Shown: positions 1 to 9,460, numbered from the stretch's first letter. The stretch is 64,000 nucleotides of DNA from Candidatus Ryanbacteria bacterium CG10_big_fil_rev_8_21_14_0_10_43_42 (GCA_002793915.1 PFEF01000003.1:18854-82853), one strand, 5' to 3'. Made by a program: numbers and translations. Notes: generated by a model not told the origin, from the sequence alone.

Positions 1-84
1 TGTGAACGGTGCTCATCTAAAGCGAGCCTCCTCTGGAAGCGATGGCAAGACCCCGATTTTTCACACACAGTCAGCTCGAAGATT

Positions 85-885
85 TCAAGCAATATGTGTC
101 CCTGTTTCTTTGAGAAAAAAGGAGTGAGGAGGCATTTTCAGGGAGGAGTGAATTCTTCTGGTATTGTAGTAGTGGATGTATCGACCAATGGCTTCAATCA
201 GAAGTTCGATGGTGGGGTGACGAGAAGGTTTCCCAAACTCCAATTTGAATTTATCATAGAATGACTCCTGATGGCCGTTTTTCCATGGTTTGGCCTTGGG
301 AGAGTGGGAAGGGAGAATCTTGTGATCGATGATCCATTGAATACAGGTATGGGAAGTGTATTCACTGCCTTGGTCGGAGTGAAAGAGGTAGGGAGTGCCT
401 CGTTTGCGCACCGCTTCTTCTAACACATCAAGCACCAATCGGGTGGTATGATGGAGACCAATCTGCCAGGCAATCACTTCTCGAGTAAATCGATCAATGA
501 TGGTAGCCAGATAGATTTTTGATCCATGAAAATGAAGCTCAGTAAAATCACCAACCCAGATGACATTCGGGGCAATGGGTGAAATGCCCTGAGTTCGATT
601 GGGTATGCCACTCATTGACTTGGTACGGCCATACCGAGCCTTTTTATGACGAATACGGGGTTGAATGCCAAACTTTTTCATCACGCGGTGAGCCCGATTT
701 TTCCCAATATGTAAGGCAATGGCGATACGGCGATAGCCATATGCTAGATGCTCGATCAATGTTTCCAAAATACGATCCCGCAGAGTACGGTCTTTAATCT
801 CTTGTTTTGGTTTGTAGTAGAGACTGGAACGGGAAACGCCGAGAGAGCGAGCGAGAGCCGCTTTGGAGATTTCTTTTTCCCGCAA
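85..885 (-). CDS. IS3-family transposase OrfB (rve integrase core, DDE)
   Basis: Motifs YGYRRI, PNVIWVGDFT, YLATIIDRFTRE, FHSDQGSEY, NGHQESF, YIHYYNTRRIHSSL. The frame is open from about 918, overlapping the orfA end. Confidence 0.93.
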   Translation of the reverse strand: MREKEISKAALARSLGVSRSSLYYKPKQEIKDRTLRDRILETLIEHLAYGYRRIAIALHIGKNRAHRVMKKFGIQPRIRHKKARYGRTKSMSGIPNRTQGISPIAPNVIWVGDFTELHFHGSKIYLATIIDRFTREVIAWQIGLHHTTRLVLDVLEEAVRKRGTPYLFHSDQGSEYTSHTCIQWIIDHKILPSHSPKAKPWKNGHQESFYDKFKLEFGKPSRHPTIELLIEAIGRYIHYYNTRRIHSSLKMPPHSFFLKETGTHIA

Positions 886-889
886 AATA

Positions 890-1156
890 TCACGCGCTAA
901 GAAAGGAGCTTTTCTTTTTCATCTTCTGGTGCAGAATCATTTCGCCAATGATAGCTTTCAATTCCTGATTCTCCTGTTTCAACCTTTGTACTTCTGTACT
1001 GGAGGTATGGCTATTTCTGGTTTGTTTCCGTAGCCACTTCTTAATCGTATCTTCTGTTATTACAAATGTCTTCGCGGCATCAGGGATGGACATACCTTCA
1101 TCCTTGATGGCGGAAATAATCTTAGCCCGTTGTTCCGGGCTGACGCGTGTTGCCAT
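890..1156 (-). CDS. IS3-family transposase OrfA (HTH plus coiled coil)
   Basis: HTH-like N-terminus (SPEQRAKII...TIKKW) and leucine-zipper-like [16 protein letters not shown], directly upstream of orfB. Confidence 0.88.
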   Translation of the reverse strand: MATRVSPEQRAKIISAIKDEGMSIPDAAKTFVITEDTIKKWLRKQTRNSHTSSTEVQRLKQENQELKAIIGEMILHQKMKKKSSFLSA

Positions 1157-1253
1157 ATATGTATATATTACGTCCGTCTAAAGGTGCGGACACATGTACA
1201 GTATATCAGGGCCATGCCAACAAGAGCCTGCGCGCGGTCTTCGTCCTACACTG

Positions 1254-1338
1254 CGGAGAGGGAGGGATTCGAACCCTCGAAGCCTTTCGACTTGCCGGTT
1301 TTCAAGACCGGTGCATTCAACCGCTCTGCCACCTCTCC
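1254..1338 (-). tRNA. tRNA-Ser(UGA)
   Basis: Acceptor stem GGAGAGG/CCTCTCC, anticodon arm CCGGT-CTTGAAA-ACCGG, long variable arm, GGTTCGAATCC T-arm, G discriminator. CCA not encoded. Confidence 0.96.
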
Positions 1339-1457
1339 CGATTTTTATCTTCACTTGCTGTCCGCATTAAAAATTATTTGGAATATACCACACCTATAAA
1401 CTAACTCCTGCACCCGAAAGTTTTGCCGCCAAACCACAGATTTGGGCAAAATTCGGG

Positions 1458-1546
1458 CGGAGAGGGAGGGATTCGAACCCTCGAACCGGTTTTACCCAGT
1501 TAACTCCTTAGCAGGGAGCCCCTTTCAACCACTCAGGCACCTCTCC
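1458..1546 (-). tRNA. tRNA-Ser(GCU)
   Basis: GGAGAGGTGCCTGAGTGG start, anticodon loop CTGCTAA, variable arm CTGGGTAAAACCGG, GGTTCGAATCC T-arm, G discriminator. Confidence 0.95.
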
Positions 1547-1704
1547 AATATATTTAATTATTTGTACAAACCTCCGGTTTTACCCAGGCGCAAAGTAATG
1601 CCTATTACTTTGCGCTCCCGCGCAGGGAGCCCCTTTCAACCACTCAGGCACCTCTCCAATATATTTAATTATTTGTACAAACCTCCGGTTTTACCCAGGC
1701 GCAA
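1511..1704. repeat. Exact 83-bp direct repeat (1511-1593 and 1622-1704) containing the 5' half of tRNA-Ser(GCU)
   Basis: GCAGGGAGCC...TTACCCAGGCGCAA occurs twice with period 111. A partial third copy lies at 1843-1860. Confidence 0.92.
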
Positions 1705-1860
1705 TTGAGGGTTGCCGGGTAGCGCTCAATCCCCTTTCTTTAGGAATATAATCCTCGGCAAAGCCTCGAGCAAAAAACTGTTTATTCCTAAAGCCGGGGA
1801 AACGTTTGTTTCCCGTTGGAAGCTCACTTACTCGCTTCCAACCCACTTAGGCACCTCTCC
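1574..1860 (-). pseudogene. Two degenerate tRNA-Ser(GCU) copies (1657-1574 and 1860-1685) interrupted by hairpins and lacking the T-arm
   Basis: Each starts GGAGAGGTGCCT(G/A)AGTGG and ends in the variable-arm sequence CTGGGTAAAACCGG. No TTCG T-loop or 3' acceptor strand follows. Confidence 0.7.
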
Positions 1861-1993
1861 AGATATTATATTATCGGCAAAGCCTTAAACAAAAACGTTA
1901 CCCTTAAAGAATATCATTCCCCATTATGGCTTCAACCGTAGCATAATCTTATTGGATTTTAAACACTTGCCTTGCTACAATACTACTGCTACT

Positions 1994-2557
1994 ATGACAT
2001 CCGTAATAAACTTAAAAAAACATGACCGTCCGCTTTCTTCCGAAAAAGCGACTCCCCCTCTAGCGCCGGATCAGAAAAAATCGGAACGGGAAAATTTTTA
2101 CCGCCCTATTTTATGGGAAGCGGAGGAATATCCCTATTACCGAAAATCATCCGATTGGTACTGGGCTGTTGGTATTATTACCGCAGGATTTTTTGCTGTA
2201 GCTATTATTGTGGGAAACTTGCTGTTCGGCGCATTTATCCTTCTTGGAGGATTTACCCTTGCTCTCTATGGCGCACGCCGCCCCCAAACCGTATCTTTTT
2301 CCATCTCACCGAAAGGTGTTCATGTGGGCGACACGATATATCCTTATGAATCCATAAAGTCATTTTGGATATTCTACGACCCGCCCCATGTAAAGGAATT
2401 AAGCATTGAATCGCATAAATTTATAATGCCTCATATTAGAATTCCTTTGGGAAACGTAAATCCCGCGAATATGCGTTCGTACCTTCAGCAATTTCTCCCC
2501 GAGGAACAGCAGGAAGAAGCCCTTACCGATTCTCTGGCGCGTTATTTTCGGTTTTAA
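1994..2557 (+). CDS. Two-TM membrane protein, conserved CPR type (DUF5673-like)
   Basis: ILWEAEEYPYYRKSSDWYWAVGII, a hydrophobic hairpin and a beta-rich C-terminal domain (GVHVGDTIYPYESIKSFWI). ATG 1994 preferred over TTG 1952. Confidence 0.7.
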   Translation: MTSVINLKKHDRPLSSEKATPPLAPDQKKSERENFYRPILWEAEEYPYYRKSSDWYWAVGIITAGFFAVAIIVGNLLFGAFILLGGFTLALYGARRPQTVSFSISPKGVHVGDTIYPYESIKSFWIFYDPPHVKELSIESHKFIMPHIRIPLGNVNPANMRSYLQQFLPEEQQEEALTDSLARYFRF

Positions 2558-2618
2558 AACACACACATATACCAAGTGATTCGTGTTTTATAAAATCATA
2601 ACAGCACTACACATTCCT

Positions 2619-2690
2619 GTTCCCGTCGTTCAATGGATAGGACGCCAGCTTGCGGAGTTGGTAATAGAGGTTCGAATCCTCTCGGGAACA
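2619..2690 (+). tRNA. tRNA-Arg(GCG)
   Basis: Acceptor GTTCCCG/CGGGAAC, D-loop AATGGATA, anticodon arm CCAGC-TTGCGGA-GTTGG, T-arm AGAGGTTCGAATCCTCT. Confidence 0.93.
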
Positions 2691-2733
2691 CAATAACATT
2701 TCCCTTGCTCAGTATTCTTCGTATACTACATAT

Positions 2734-3024
2734 ATGGATATTAACAATAATTCCGGCATACGGTTTGATGAAGGAACCTTCTCTCCTGATCCATTCTCCC
2801 GGCCGTCCGGTCTTGCCGGGTGGATTATTAACCACTCCAACGGACGAATAACAACAGAAGCTGAAGCGAATAATATATTAATCGGTCTTTTTGTCATTAT
2901 TATTATAGTCATTATTACCATATTTTTTATATTGAACCGTTCCCCCTCTGTAGAACTTCCTCTCGGTACAGAAATAATATATCCTCCCAAAGAACCGCCA
3001 CGATTAAATATTCCTTTATTGTAA
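2734..3024 (+). CDS. Small single-TM hypothetical protein
   Basis: Long hydrophobic stretch ILIGLFVIIIIVIITIFFIL. Lies between the tRNA and the pilin in the same orientation. Confidence 0.65.
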   Translation: MDINNNSGIRFDEGTFSPDPFSRPSGLAGWIINHSNGRITTEAEANNILIGLFVIIIIVIITIFFILNRSPSVELPLGTEIIYPPKEPPRLNIPLL

Positions 3025-3037
3025 GTATGGTAAAATT

Positions 3038-3526
3038 ATGAAAAAAGGATTTACTCTTATAGAACTTCTCGTTGTCATCTCTATTATTGGGCTTTTGGCG
3101 AGTGTTGTGTTGGCAAGCTTAAACACAGCACGTTCCCGTGCGCGAGACGCACGGCGCATGACGGACATGCGCCAAATACAAACCGCCCTCGAACTGTATT
3201 TTAATGATAATGGCGTGTACCCCAGTACCAGCAACGTATGGTTCGGTGTTTCAGTTAATGGAGGAAGCCGCGGCGTTACCGGTGCCGGCGGCTATATACC
3301 CAACCTTGCCCCTACGTACATACCAACCTTACCCGTAGACCCTCTTGATAATAGAAGTGGTTGGTCCGGGTATCTATATCTATCAATTAATGGATCACAA
3401 TACGCCCTCCTCTCTACCGTGATTGGCCCCGAAAGTTTCCCGTCTGCCGGAGAACCATTTTATGACCCCAATCGCCCCACATGGGCATGGAAAGTCTGTA
3501 GCGGTCCGCCGGAATGTAATCGCTAA
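3038..3526 (+). CDS. Type IV pilin / GspG-like pseudopilin
   Basis: Prepilin cleavage/N-methylation motif KKG|FTLIELLVVISIIGLLA, then ARDARRMTDMRQIQTALELY and LPVDP. Confidence 0.92.
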   Translation: MKKGFTLIELLVVISIIGLLASVVLASLNTARSRARDARRMTDMRQIQTALELYFNDNGVYPSTSNVWFGVSVNGGSRGVTGAGGYIPNLAPTYIPTLPVDPLDNRSGWSGYLYLSINGSQYALLSTVIGPESFPSAGEPFYDPNRPTWAWKVCSGPPECNR

Positions 3527-3572
3527 ATACAATCCTTGCAAATCCTTCACAAAGAAGACATCCTTGGGATAT

Positions 3573-5729
3573 ATGAATTCGTACGATGCCCCACTTGATG
3601 CCGTTCTTCATGTGTCCTCTGCGCATAAAACGGCCTTTAAAAAAGCGGGTATTGAAACCGTGCGCGATTTGTTGTTTTTCTTCCCCGCACGATATGAGGA
3701 TTTTTCGGTACGTACATCCATTAAAAATCTTTCTGCCGGAGTACATACCAGTATTGAAGGAATAATTGCCTCTATAACGTCAAAGAAAGCATATCCGCGG
3801 CGTATTCCGTTAGTGGAAATTGTCGTGGAAGACAGCTCCGGTAAAACACGGGCGCTTTGGATGAACCAACCCTACATTGCAAAAGCACTTGTGAAAGGAT
3901 CGATCATTCATCTTTCGGGAACAGTAAAGCAAAATAAAAAAGGTGAGCTATATATGGTAAATCCGGTACGCAACACATCACGCGCACATACCGACGAACA
4001 TACCGAGCGCATTATATCGTACGACGACGATACCGCTGAACCTCTTATTCCTGTTTACCCCCCAGTGCGTGGCGTACCGGCACGCATACTTCCCTCTTAT
4101 ATACAGGATATTCTTCATCTTGCCTCCGAACTGCCGGACAGCATTCCCGCTTCCGTCCGAAAAACCTATAATCTGCCGGAAATTAAAAATGCCCTTTTTC
4201 ATATTCATAAACCGAGCACAATGGCGTGGGCGGATGCCGCGCGAAAACGATTTGCGTTTGACGAAATGTTTGCCATACAACTGCATCGCGTACGCATGCG
4301 CACTAATCTCTCAACACAAAAGTCATTTACGATTCCCTTTTCTGAAACTCCCATAACAGATATAGAAACCCGTATCGCATTTCCCCTCACTGGTGCGCAA
4401 AAACGAGCCGGTAAGCATATTTTAAAGGACTTTTCATTATCACACCCCATGGCGCGTTTGTTGGAAGGCGATGTCGGCTCCGGAAAAACTCTGGTGGCCA
4501 TTATTGCCGCCCGCGCTGTTACCGCCGCAGGCGGACAAACAGCCTATCTGGCACCCACAGAAATTTTAGCGCGCCAACATCTTCGGGAATTTTGCAAACA
4601 TCCCTTTTCCGGACGTATCGGGCTTATTACATCGAGTGAATGTCGGGTATTTCCTTCCAAAGCGCGTCCAACAGAATCCGTACGCATATCACGCGCACAA
4701 CTGCTTGTATGGGTTGCCGATGGTACGGTGTCTGTTCTCATCGGAACACATGCCCTTATACAAAAAGATGTTCTATTTAAATGCCTTGCTCTCCTTATCG
4801 TGGATGAACAACATAGATTCGGCATAGAACAAAGAAACCGTCTCGTACGCATGCAGGAAAAACAACCACACCTGCTTTCCATGACCGCAACACCCATACC
4901 CCGCACACTGGCACTCACGCTTTATGGCGATCTTGATATTTCTCTTTTGGACGAAATGCCTCCGGGACGGAAGCCGCCAGAAACACATATCATACCTCCC
5001 GAAAAACGCGAAAGCGCCTATGAGTTTATACGGAACACCATTAAAGACGGCGGACAGGCATTTGTTATATATCCTAAAATAGGATTACAAAGCGAGGAAC
5101 ACACAAAACCGGATAAGCCAATTTCCGAAATATCCGCATCCATGAAAGCGGTTGTAGAAGAACATAAGCGTCTTAAGGAAGATATTTTTCCTGAATTTAC
5201 CGTCGGCATGCTTCATGGAAAATTAAAGCCACGGGAAAAAGAAGATGTTATTGCGCAATTTCGTGCCGGAGACATTCATATTCTCGTATCCACGTCTGTT
5301 ATCGAAGTGGGTATCGATATTCCTAATGCGTCTATTATGATGATTGAAGGCGCCGAACGATTCGGCCTTGCCACACTGCATCAATTCCGCGGACGCGTGG
5401 GGAGAGGCGGGCAAAAATCATATTGTTTTATTTTTACCGATTCCAAAACACCAAAAACGCTTGAACGCCTACAAGCCCTTACAAAAGCAAAAAATGGCTT
5501 TGAGCTTGCCGAGTATGATCTTTCCTTTCGTGGTCCGGGAGAACTTTCCGGGTCTTCGCAATGGGGCATTAGCGATATTGGCATGGAAGCGCTTCGCAAT
5601 ATAAAAATGGTGGAGGCGGCACGAACAGAGGCTGAAAAACTTCTTTTGTCTGATCCAAAGCTTGCCGCGCACCCCATCCTAAAAGAGCGCGTAGAAAAAC
5701 TTGAAAAACAATCTCTGCATTTCGAATAA
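3573..5729 (+). CDS. recG: ATP-dependent DNA helicase RecG
   Basis: RLLEGDVGSGKT, APTEILARQH, IVDEQHRFG, MTATPIPRTL, HQFRGRVGRG. Start placed at ATG 3573, after the pilin gene. Confidence 0.97.
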   Translation: MNSYDAPLDAVLHVSSAHKTAFKKAGIETVRDLLFFFPARYEDFSVRTSIKNLSAGVHTSIEGIIASITSKKAYPRRIPLVEIVVEDSSGKTRALWMNQPYIAKALVKGSIIHLSGTVKQNKKGELYMVNPVRNTSRAHTDEHTERIISYDDDTAEPLIPVYPPVRGVPARILPSYIQDILHLASELPDSIPASVRKTYNLPEIKNALFHIHKPSTMAWADAARKRFAFDEMFAIQLHRVRMRTNLSTQKSFTIPFSETPITDIETRIAFPLTGAQKRAGKHILKDFSLSHPMARLLEGDVGSGKTLVAIIAARAVTAAGGQTAYLAPTEILARQHLREFCKHPFSGRIGLITSSECRVFPSKARPTESVRISRAQLLVWVADGTVSVLIGTHALIQKDVLFKCLALLIVDEQHRFGIEQRNRLVRMQEKQPHLLSMTATPIPRTLALTLYGDLDISLLDEMPPGRKPPETHIIPPEKRESAYEFIRNTIKDGGQAFVIYPKIGLQSEEHTKPDKPISEISASMKAVVEEHKRLKEDIFPEFTVGMLHGKLKPREKEDVIAQFRAGDIHILVSTSVIEVGIDIPNASIMMIEGAERFGLATLHQFRGRVGRGGQKSYCFIFTDSKTPKTLERLQALTKAKNGFELAEYDLSFRGPGELSGSSQWGISDIGMEALRNIKMVEAARTEAEKLLLSDPKLAAHPILKERVEKLEKQSLHFE

Positions 5730-5765
5730 AATTGTTCTGTATTAAAAAATGAAACTCTATGTCAT

Positions 5766-7307
5766 TTAGCGGCGATGCTTAGGCGTAACCCAAAAACCAA
5801 GCCGCCATCGTCCCCCCAGCATGAGGCGCGTTTGGGCCTCGAGCCCCGGAATGGCGCCAAAAACAATGATGGTAAACGGCATAAGCACCCATTGAAAAAC
5901 CATACTAAAACTCCTCCACTTGCCATAGTGTTTCGGACGCGGCGGCAGAAGAGATGTTGAAATAACGGCAGATGTGATAAGCCCCACCATAGCAAATCGC
6001 ATAAGCGTCTGTGTAATAACCGGCAAATTATAAGAAAGAAGCGTTGTATTAAACTCTTTCCCTCCCAGATAAATGGGAAGCCATCCCAAGGCAAAAATAA
6101 TAAGTGCATTGGTCGCCCATGACCAAAACCCCTCCAGCAAGACACCGGTAAAATATATTTTTTGTCTAATGGGAATATTTTTGTTCCGTACAAAATTAAA
6201 AAATACATATGGCATATTTTCGACTCCCCATCCCCACCTGCGTTGTTGCTTGTATACATTTTTTACCGTTTCCCAAAATGTAGGGGCAACATTTGCATCC
6301 AATGATATTGGATATGAAAGCGGTATTGTACGGTAGTCTCCGTTATACGGAAAAAAATGATTCCAAAAAATACGCGAATCTTCCGATACAATGTTTTTCT
6401 GCCAATAGCCGACATCCACAAGTCCGCTTAAACTCATAGAATGAGAAGAAAATGTTGTAAGCCGTTCCGGACGCTCCTGTTGCATCATTTGCCAAAACGT
6501 ACCCGATGACGCAACCACGCGGGAAAGCATGGGGGCATCCCATATATTATTGTTATATACCGGCACCGGCTGAAATGATGAGCGATACGGTTTTTCTACT
6601 GTAAGAAAGTGATATGCTACACAAGAAAAATAATGCGGATACACGCGGGAATCGATATCAAATGCAGAAACAATTACATTTTTATGCGGAATATTTTTCG
6701 GATCAATATAGTTCTCTACAATTTCTTTGGCGGCATATGTTCCGTTTGATCCCTTTCCCGCAAGCTCACCCTCTGTGTCCATAGGATGCAATGTTGTAAA
6801 AAACATACCGAACTTATCACCATACTCTTCGACAATAACACGCTCTGTTTCAGCGGCCTCCTCTCCGGCGCGCTCCTCCCGAGCGAGAACAATAATCATA
6901 CGATCTTTCGGCCAGGGCGTTGCTAAAATGGCATCTAAAGATCCTCGCACAACGGAAGCATCTTCTTTATAAAACGGCAGTATAACCAGTTGTTGTAAAT
7001 GCTCCCACCGCATATTAGCAAGTTTTGAATGCCAATCGATTTCCATATGTTTTTTAAGACGCTTGGCGCTAATACGCATATGCACCGATAAAAATACGGT
7101 CTTTATAAGCCAGTACAAATCGAATGTAATGATAAACACAGCCGCCCACACGGGCGCCCGCCACGAAAGAAGGAAAAGTCCTATAAGCGTAGTCCACGCA
7201 AGCGCTCCCGGAACAATCTCAAAAAAACGATAAAGACGACGATCGCTTCCCGTTAAGTCATTTGCTTTTGAAATATTGTAATATGTATTCACGCAGGAAT
7301 TGTACAT
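5766..7307 (-). CDS. Membrane-bound glycosyltransferase family 2
   Basis: DxD (FDIDS), SED and QxxRW (KQQRRWGWG) motifs, with N- and C-terminal TM helices. Confidence 0.85.
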   Translation of the reverse strand: MYNSCVNTYYNISKANDLTGSDRRLYRFFEIVPGALAWTTLIGLFLLSWRAPVWAAVFIITFDLYWLIKTVFLSVHMRISAKRLKKHMEIDWHSKLANMRWEHLQQLVILPFYKEDASVVRGSLDAILATPWPKDRMIIVLAREERAGEEAAETERVIVEEYGDKFGMFFTTLHPMDTEGELAGKGSNGTYAAKEIVENYIDPKNIPHKNVIVSAFDIDSRVYPHYFSCVAYHFLTVEKPYRSSFQPVPVYNNNIWDAPMLSRVVASSGTFWQMMQQERPERLTTFSSHSMSLSGLVDVGYWQKNIVSEDSRIFWNHFFPYNGDYRTIPLSYPISLDANVAPTFWETVKNVYKQQRRWGWGVENMPYVFFNFVRNKNIPIRQKIYFTGVLLEGFWSWATNALIIFALGWLPIYLGGKEFNTTLLSYNLPVITQTLMRFAMVGLITSAVISTSLLPPRPKHYGKWRSFSMVFQWVLMPFTIIVFGAIPGLEAQTRLMLGGRWRLGFWVTPKHRR

Positions 7308-7333
7308 AAGATAAAGAGAAATGCAAATAAAAA

Positions 7334-7358
7334 CCGGCTTATCTTTTGGATAAGCCGG
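7334..7358 (-). terminator. Intrinsic terminator downstream of prkA
   Basis: CCGGCTTATC/GATAAGCCGG hairpin followed by a T-run on the minus strand. Confidence 0.65.
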
Positions 7359-7364
7359 GATACC

Positions 7365-9305
7365 TTAATCTTTCCATAAATTATTTGCCGCATACTTCAG
7401 CACCACATCCACGCAATACTCACAGTAACCACCGTCAAGCATGCTACGCACCATGGTCCCGTACTTATCTGTTTGCTCTTCATCCCGGGTGCGAGCTTTG
7501 GTGATGATGCGGCTAATGTCCCGCACCGAAGCCATGAGCTTTTTTTCTATGGCTTCTTTGAGGGGCTCATAACTCTGGTATGAGATACTCTCACCCCGCC
7601 TGCCACACGCCCACAAATAGGCAATCACTTCTTGGCGGAAGCCGTCGGCGGCGGATCCGATAATCGCAATCTGTTCTTCCACCGATTTAAGAAATGCCTC
7701 ATCCGGCTGAAGCTCTTCACGAGTGTTGGCATCTCTGACTTTAGTTTTATTCACATGCGCCTCGGCGTGGTCCAGATAATTCTGAAACAACGTCTCTGCC
7801 TGTTCTTGATATGAATAAACAAACGCTTTGGTAATCTCTTTCTCCACGAGCTCCAGATACTCCTTATGCAAGGTATCCTGGAGAAACTCGAGATACATCT
7901 TACGTATGTCGTCAGCCATGTCTTGATCCTTGACCATACTAATCATGGCTTCCCGCACGTTAATCGGGTTAATGCATTTACCGGATTCGGCAAGCGCATT
8001 ATCAAGCGCTTTCATGATAAAGCGGGTTGAGATACCGAAAAGACCCTCGCGTTTGGCCTCATCGTGCAACTCTTGGATATTGATCTTCTTTGTCCGTCCT
8101 TTCTCGACCACTTCTTCGCCGTTATACAGCGCCAGTTTTGTCATTAGATCACACTTTGGAGTCGGTTCGAGTCGGGATAAGACGGCAAACATCGACGCCA
8201 TCTCTAGTGTGTGAGGCGCTACGTGAGCATCAAAAGACGATTTCTGCAAGATCTTCTGATAAATCTTGACCTCTTCAGACATCCGCAGATTATACGGAAC
8301 TTTGACGACCACAATACGGTCAAGAATCGCTTCGTTGGTGTGATCGGCTTTGAACTTTTGCCACTCGGCCTCGTTTGAGTGGGCAACAATAACCGAGTCT
8401 ATATACACCGTGCCGTGCCGTCCGGGCGCAGGGACGAACTTCTCTTGAGTTGCCGTAATCATGGCATGCAGGTATTCTGTTTCATTCTTAAATACCTCAA
8501 TAAATTCAACCATGCCACGGTTGCCCACATTAAACGCCCCGTTCAGTTCTAGCACGCGAGGATCACCTTCGGAGTACATATCGAGCTTAGAGATATCCTC
8601 TGATCCGATCAATACGGACGTATCTTGGTTGTTCGGATCAACCGGCGGAACAACACCAATGCCACGCCGGTTACGTTTAGAAAATTCCACCTGGACGATG
8701 GGAAACTCTTCATAGCGTGCGCCAAATTCGTCCTTAAGCCGATGCCGGCAAATGGGACACAAATCTCCTTCGATATGGACATCAAGCATCTTCTCGAATT
8801 CCTTGCGCAGATGACGCGGAACAAGATGCAATGGCTCTTCGAACATTGGACAGCCTTCAATGGCATAGACCGACTCGGCTTCTTCCAGACCCCTCTGCAA
8901 TTTTTCAACCAGCGAGCTTTTGCCCGATCCAACCGGTCCCATCAGGTACAACACCTGGCGACTTTCCTCTCCCTTTAATGAAGCTGAATGAAAATAACGA
9001 ACAATCCGTGCCGCCGTTCGTTCAATACCAAAAAATTCATCTTTGAAAAAGTTGTAAACCTTGAGGGGTTCATCTTTGTACAAGCGCCCCACTCGTGGAT
9101 CATCGGATTCGGTGATCTCCGACATACCCTGGGCAATCATCATATTGTACAGACGACTGTGCGCAAGTCGGGTTATGCCCGGATTCTTTCGGACTTCTTC
9201 AAGGTAATCGATCAACGTTCCCTGCCATTCTACCCTTTGATGACTCGCCCTGTCCTTGGTAATCATAGTCTCGAACTGTTCCCGTGATGCCTGTTGCTGT
9301 GCCAT
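7365..9305 (-). CDS. prkA: PrkA/YeaG-family AAA+ serine protein kinase
   Basis: YLMGPVGSGKSSL, GCPMFEEPLHL, ELNGAFNVGNRGMVEFIEVFK, HSNEAEW, AILDRIVVVKVPYNL. GGAGG SD upstream. Confidence 0.93.
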   Translation of the reverse strand: MAQQQASREQFETMITKDRASHQRVEWQGTLIDYLEEVRKNPGITRLAHSRLYNMMIAQGMSEITESDDPRVGRLYKDEPLKVYNFFKDEFFGIERTAARIVRYFHSASLKGEESRQVLYLMGPVGSGKSSLVEKLQRGLEEAESVYAIEGCPMFEEPLHLVPRHLRKEFEKMLDVHIEGDLCPICRHRLKDEFGARYEEFPIVQVEFSKRNRRGIGVVPPVDPNNQDTSVLIGSEDISKLDMYSEGDPRVLELNGAFNVGNRGMVEFIEVFKNETEYLHAMITATQEKFVPAPGRHGTVYIDSVIVAHSNEAEWQKFKADHTNEAILDRIVVVKVPYNLRMSEEVKIYQKILQKSSFDAHVAPHTLEMASMFAVLSRLEPTPKCDLMTKLALYNGEEVVEKGRTKKINIQELHDEAKREGLFGISTRFIMKALDNALAESGKCINPINVREAMISMVKDQDMADDIRKMYLEFLQDTLHKEYLELVEKEITKAFVYSYQEQAETLFQNYLDHAEAHVNKTKVRDANTREELQPDEAFLKSVEEQIAIIGSAADGFRQEVIAYLWACGRRGESISYQSYEPLKEAIEKKLMASVRDISRIITKARTRDEEQTDKYGTMVRSMLDGGYCEYCVDVVLKYAANNLWKD

Positions 9306-9460
9306 GCTATCCTCCGTATGTTATAGGGTTATATTTCAATTTTAATGAACACATCATCAACTACACCTTACAAAAGCACATAAATATATCTTAGTCTATA
9401 TATAACGTTATCAAATATTATCGTTTATGATATAGTGTATAGGCACTATTTACAGCTATT

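Larger units (their letters stand above)
43..1219 (-). mobile_element. IS3-family insertion sequence (1177 bp)
   Basis: Imperfect terminal inverted repeats starting 5'-TG: TGGCAAGACCCCGATTTTTCACACA (43-67, +) and TGGCATGGCCCTGATATACTGTACA (1219-1195, -). They enclose an HTH orfA and a DDE orfB. No target-site duplication seen. Confidence 0.88.

Noticed and set aside
1574..1657. Second tRNA-like copy as a functional GCG-anticodon tRNA
   Set aside because: It has no T-arm or 3' acceptor strand, so it cannot form a cloverleaf.
1130..1708. Short ORFs 1130-1399, 1147-1404 and 1442-1708
   Set aside because: They are antisense readings of tRNA genes (AEREGFEP is the typical artefact).
1511..1860. 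Repeats near tRNA-Ser as a CRISPR array
   Set aside because: The unit is 83 bp, has only two full copies, derives from tRNA sequence, and no cas genes are in the window.
3423..3572. N-terminal extension of RecG in the ORF track
   Set aside because: It overlaps the pilin gene; RecG-like sequence starts near ATG 3573.
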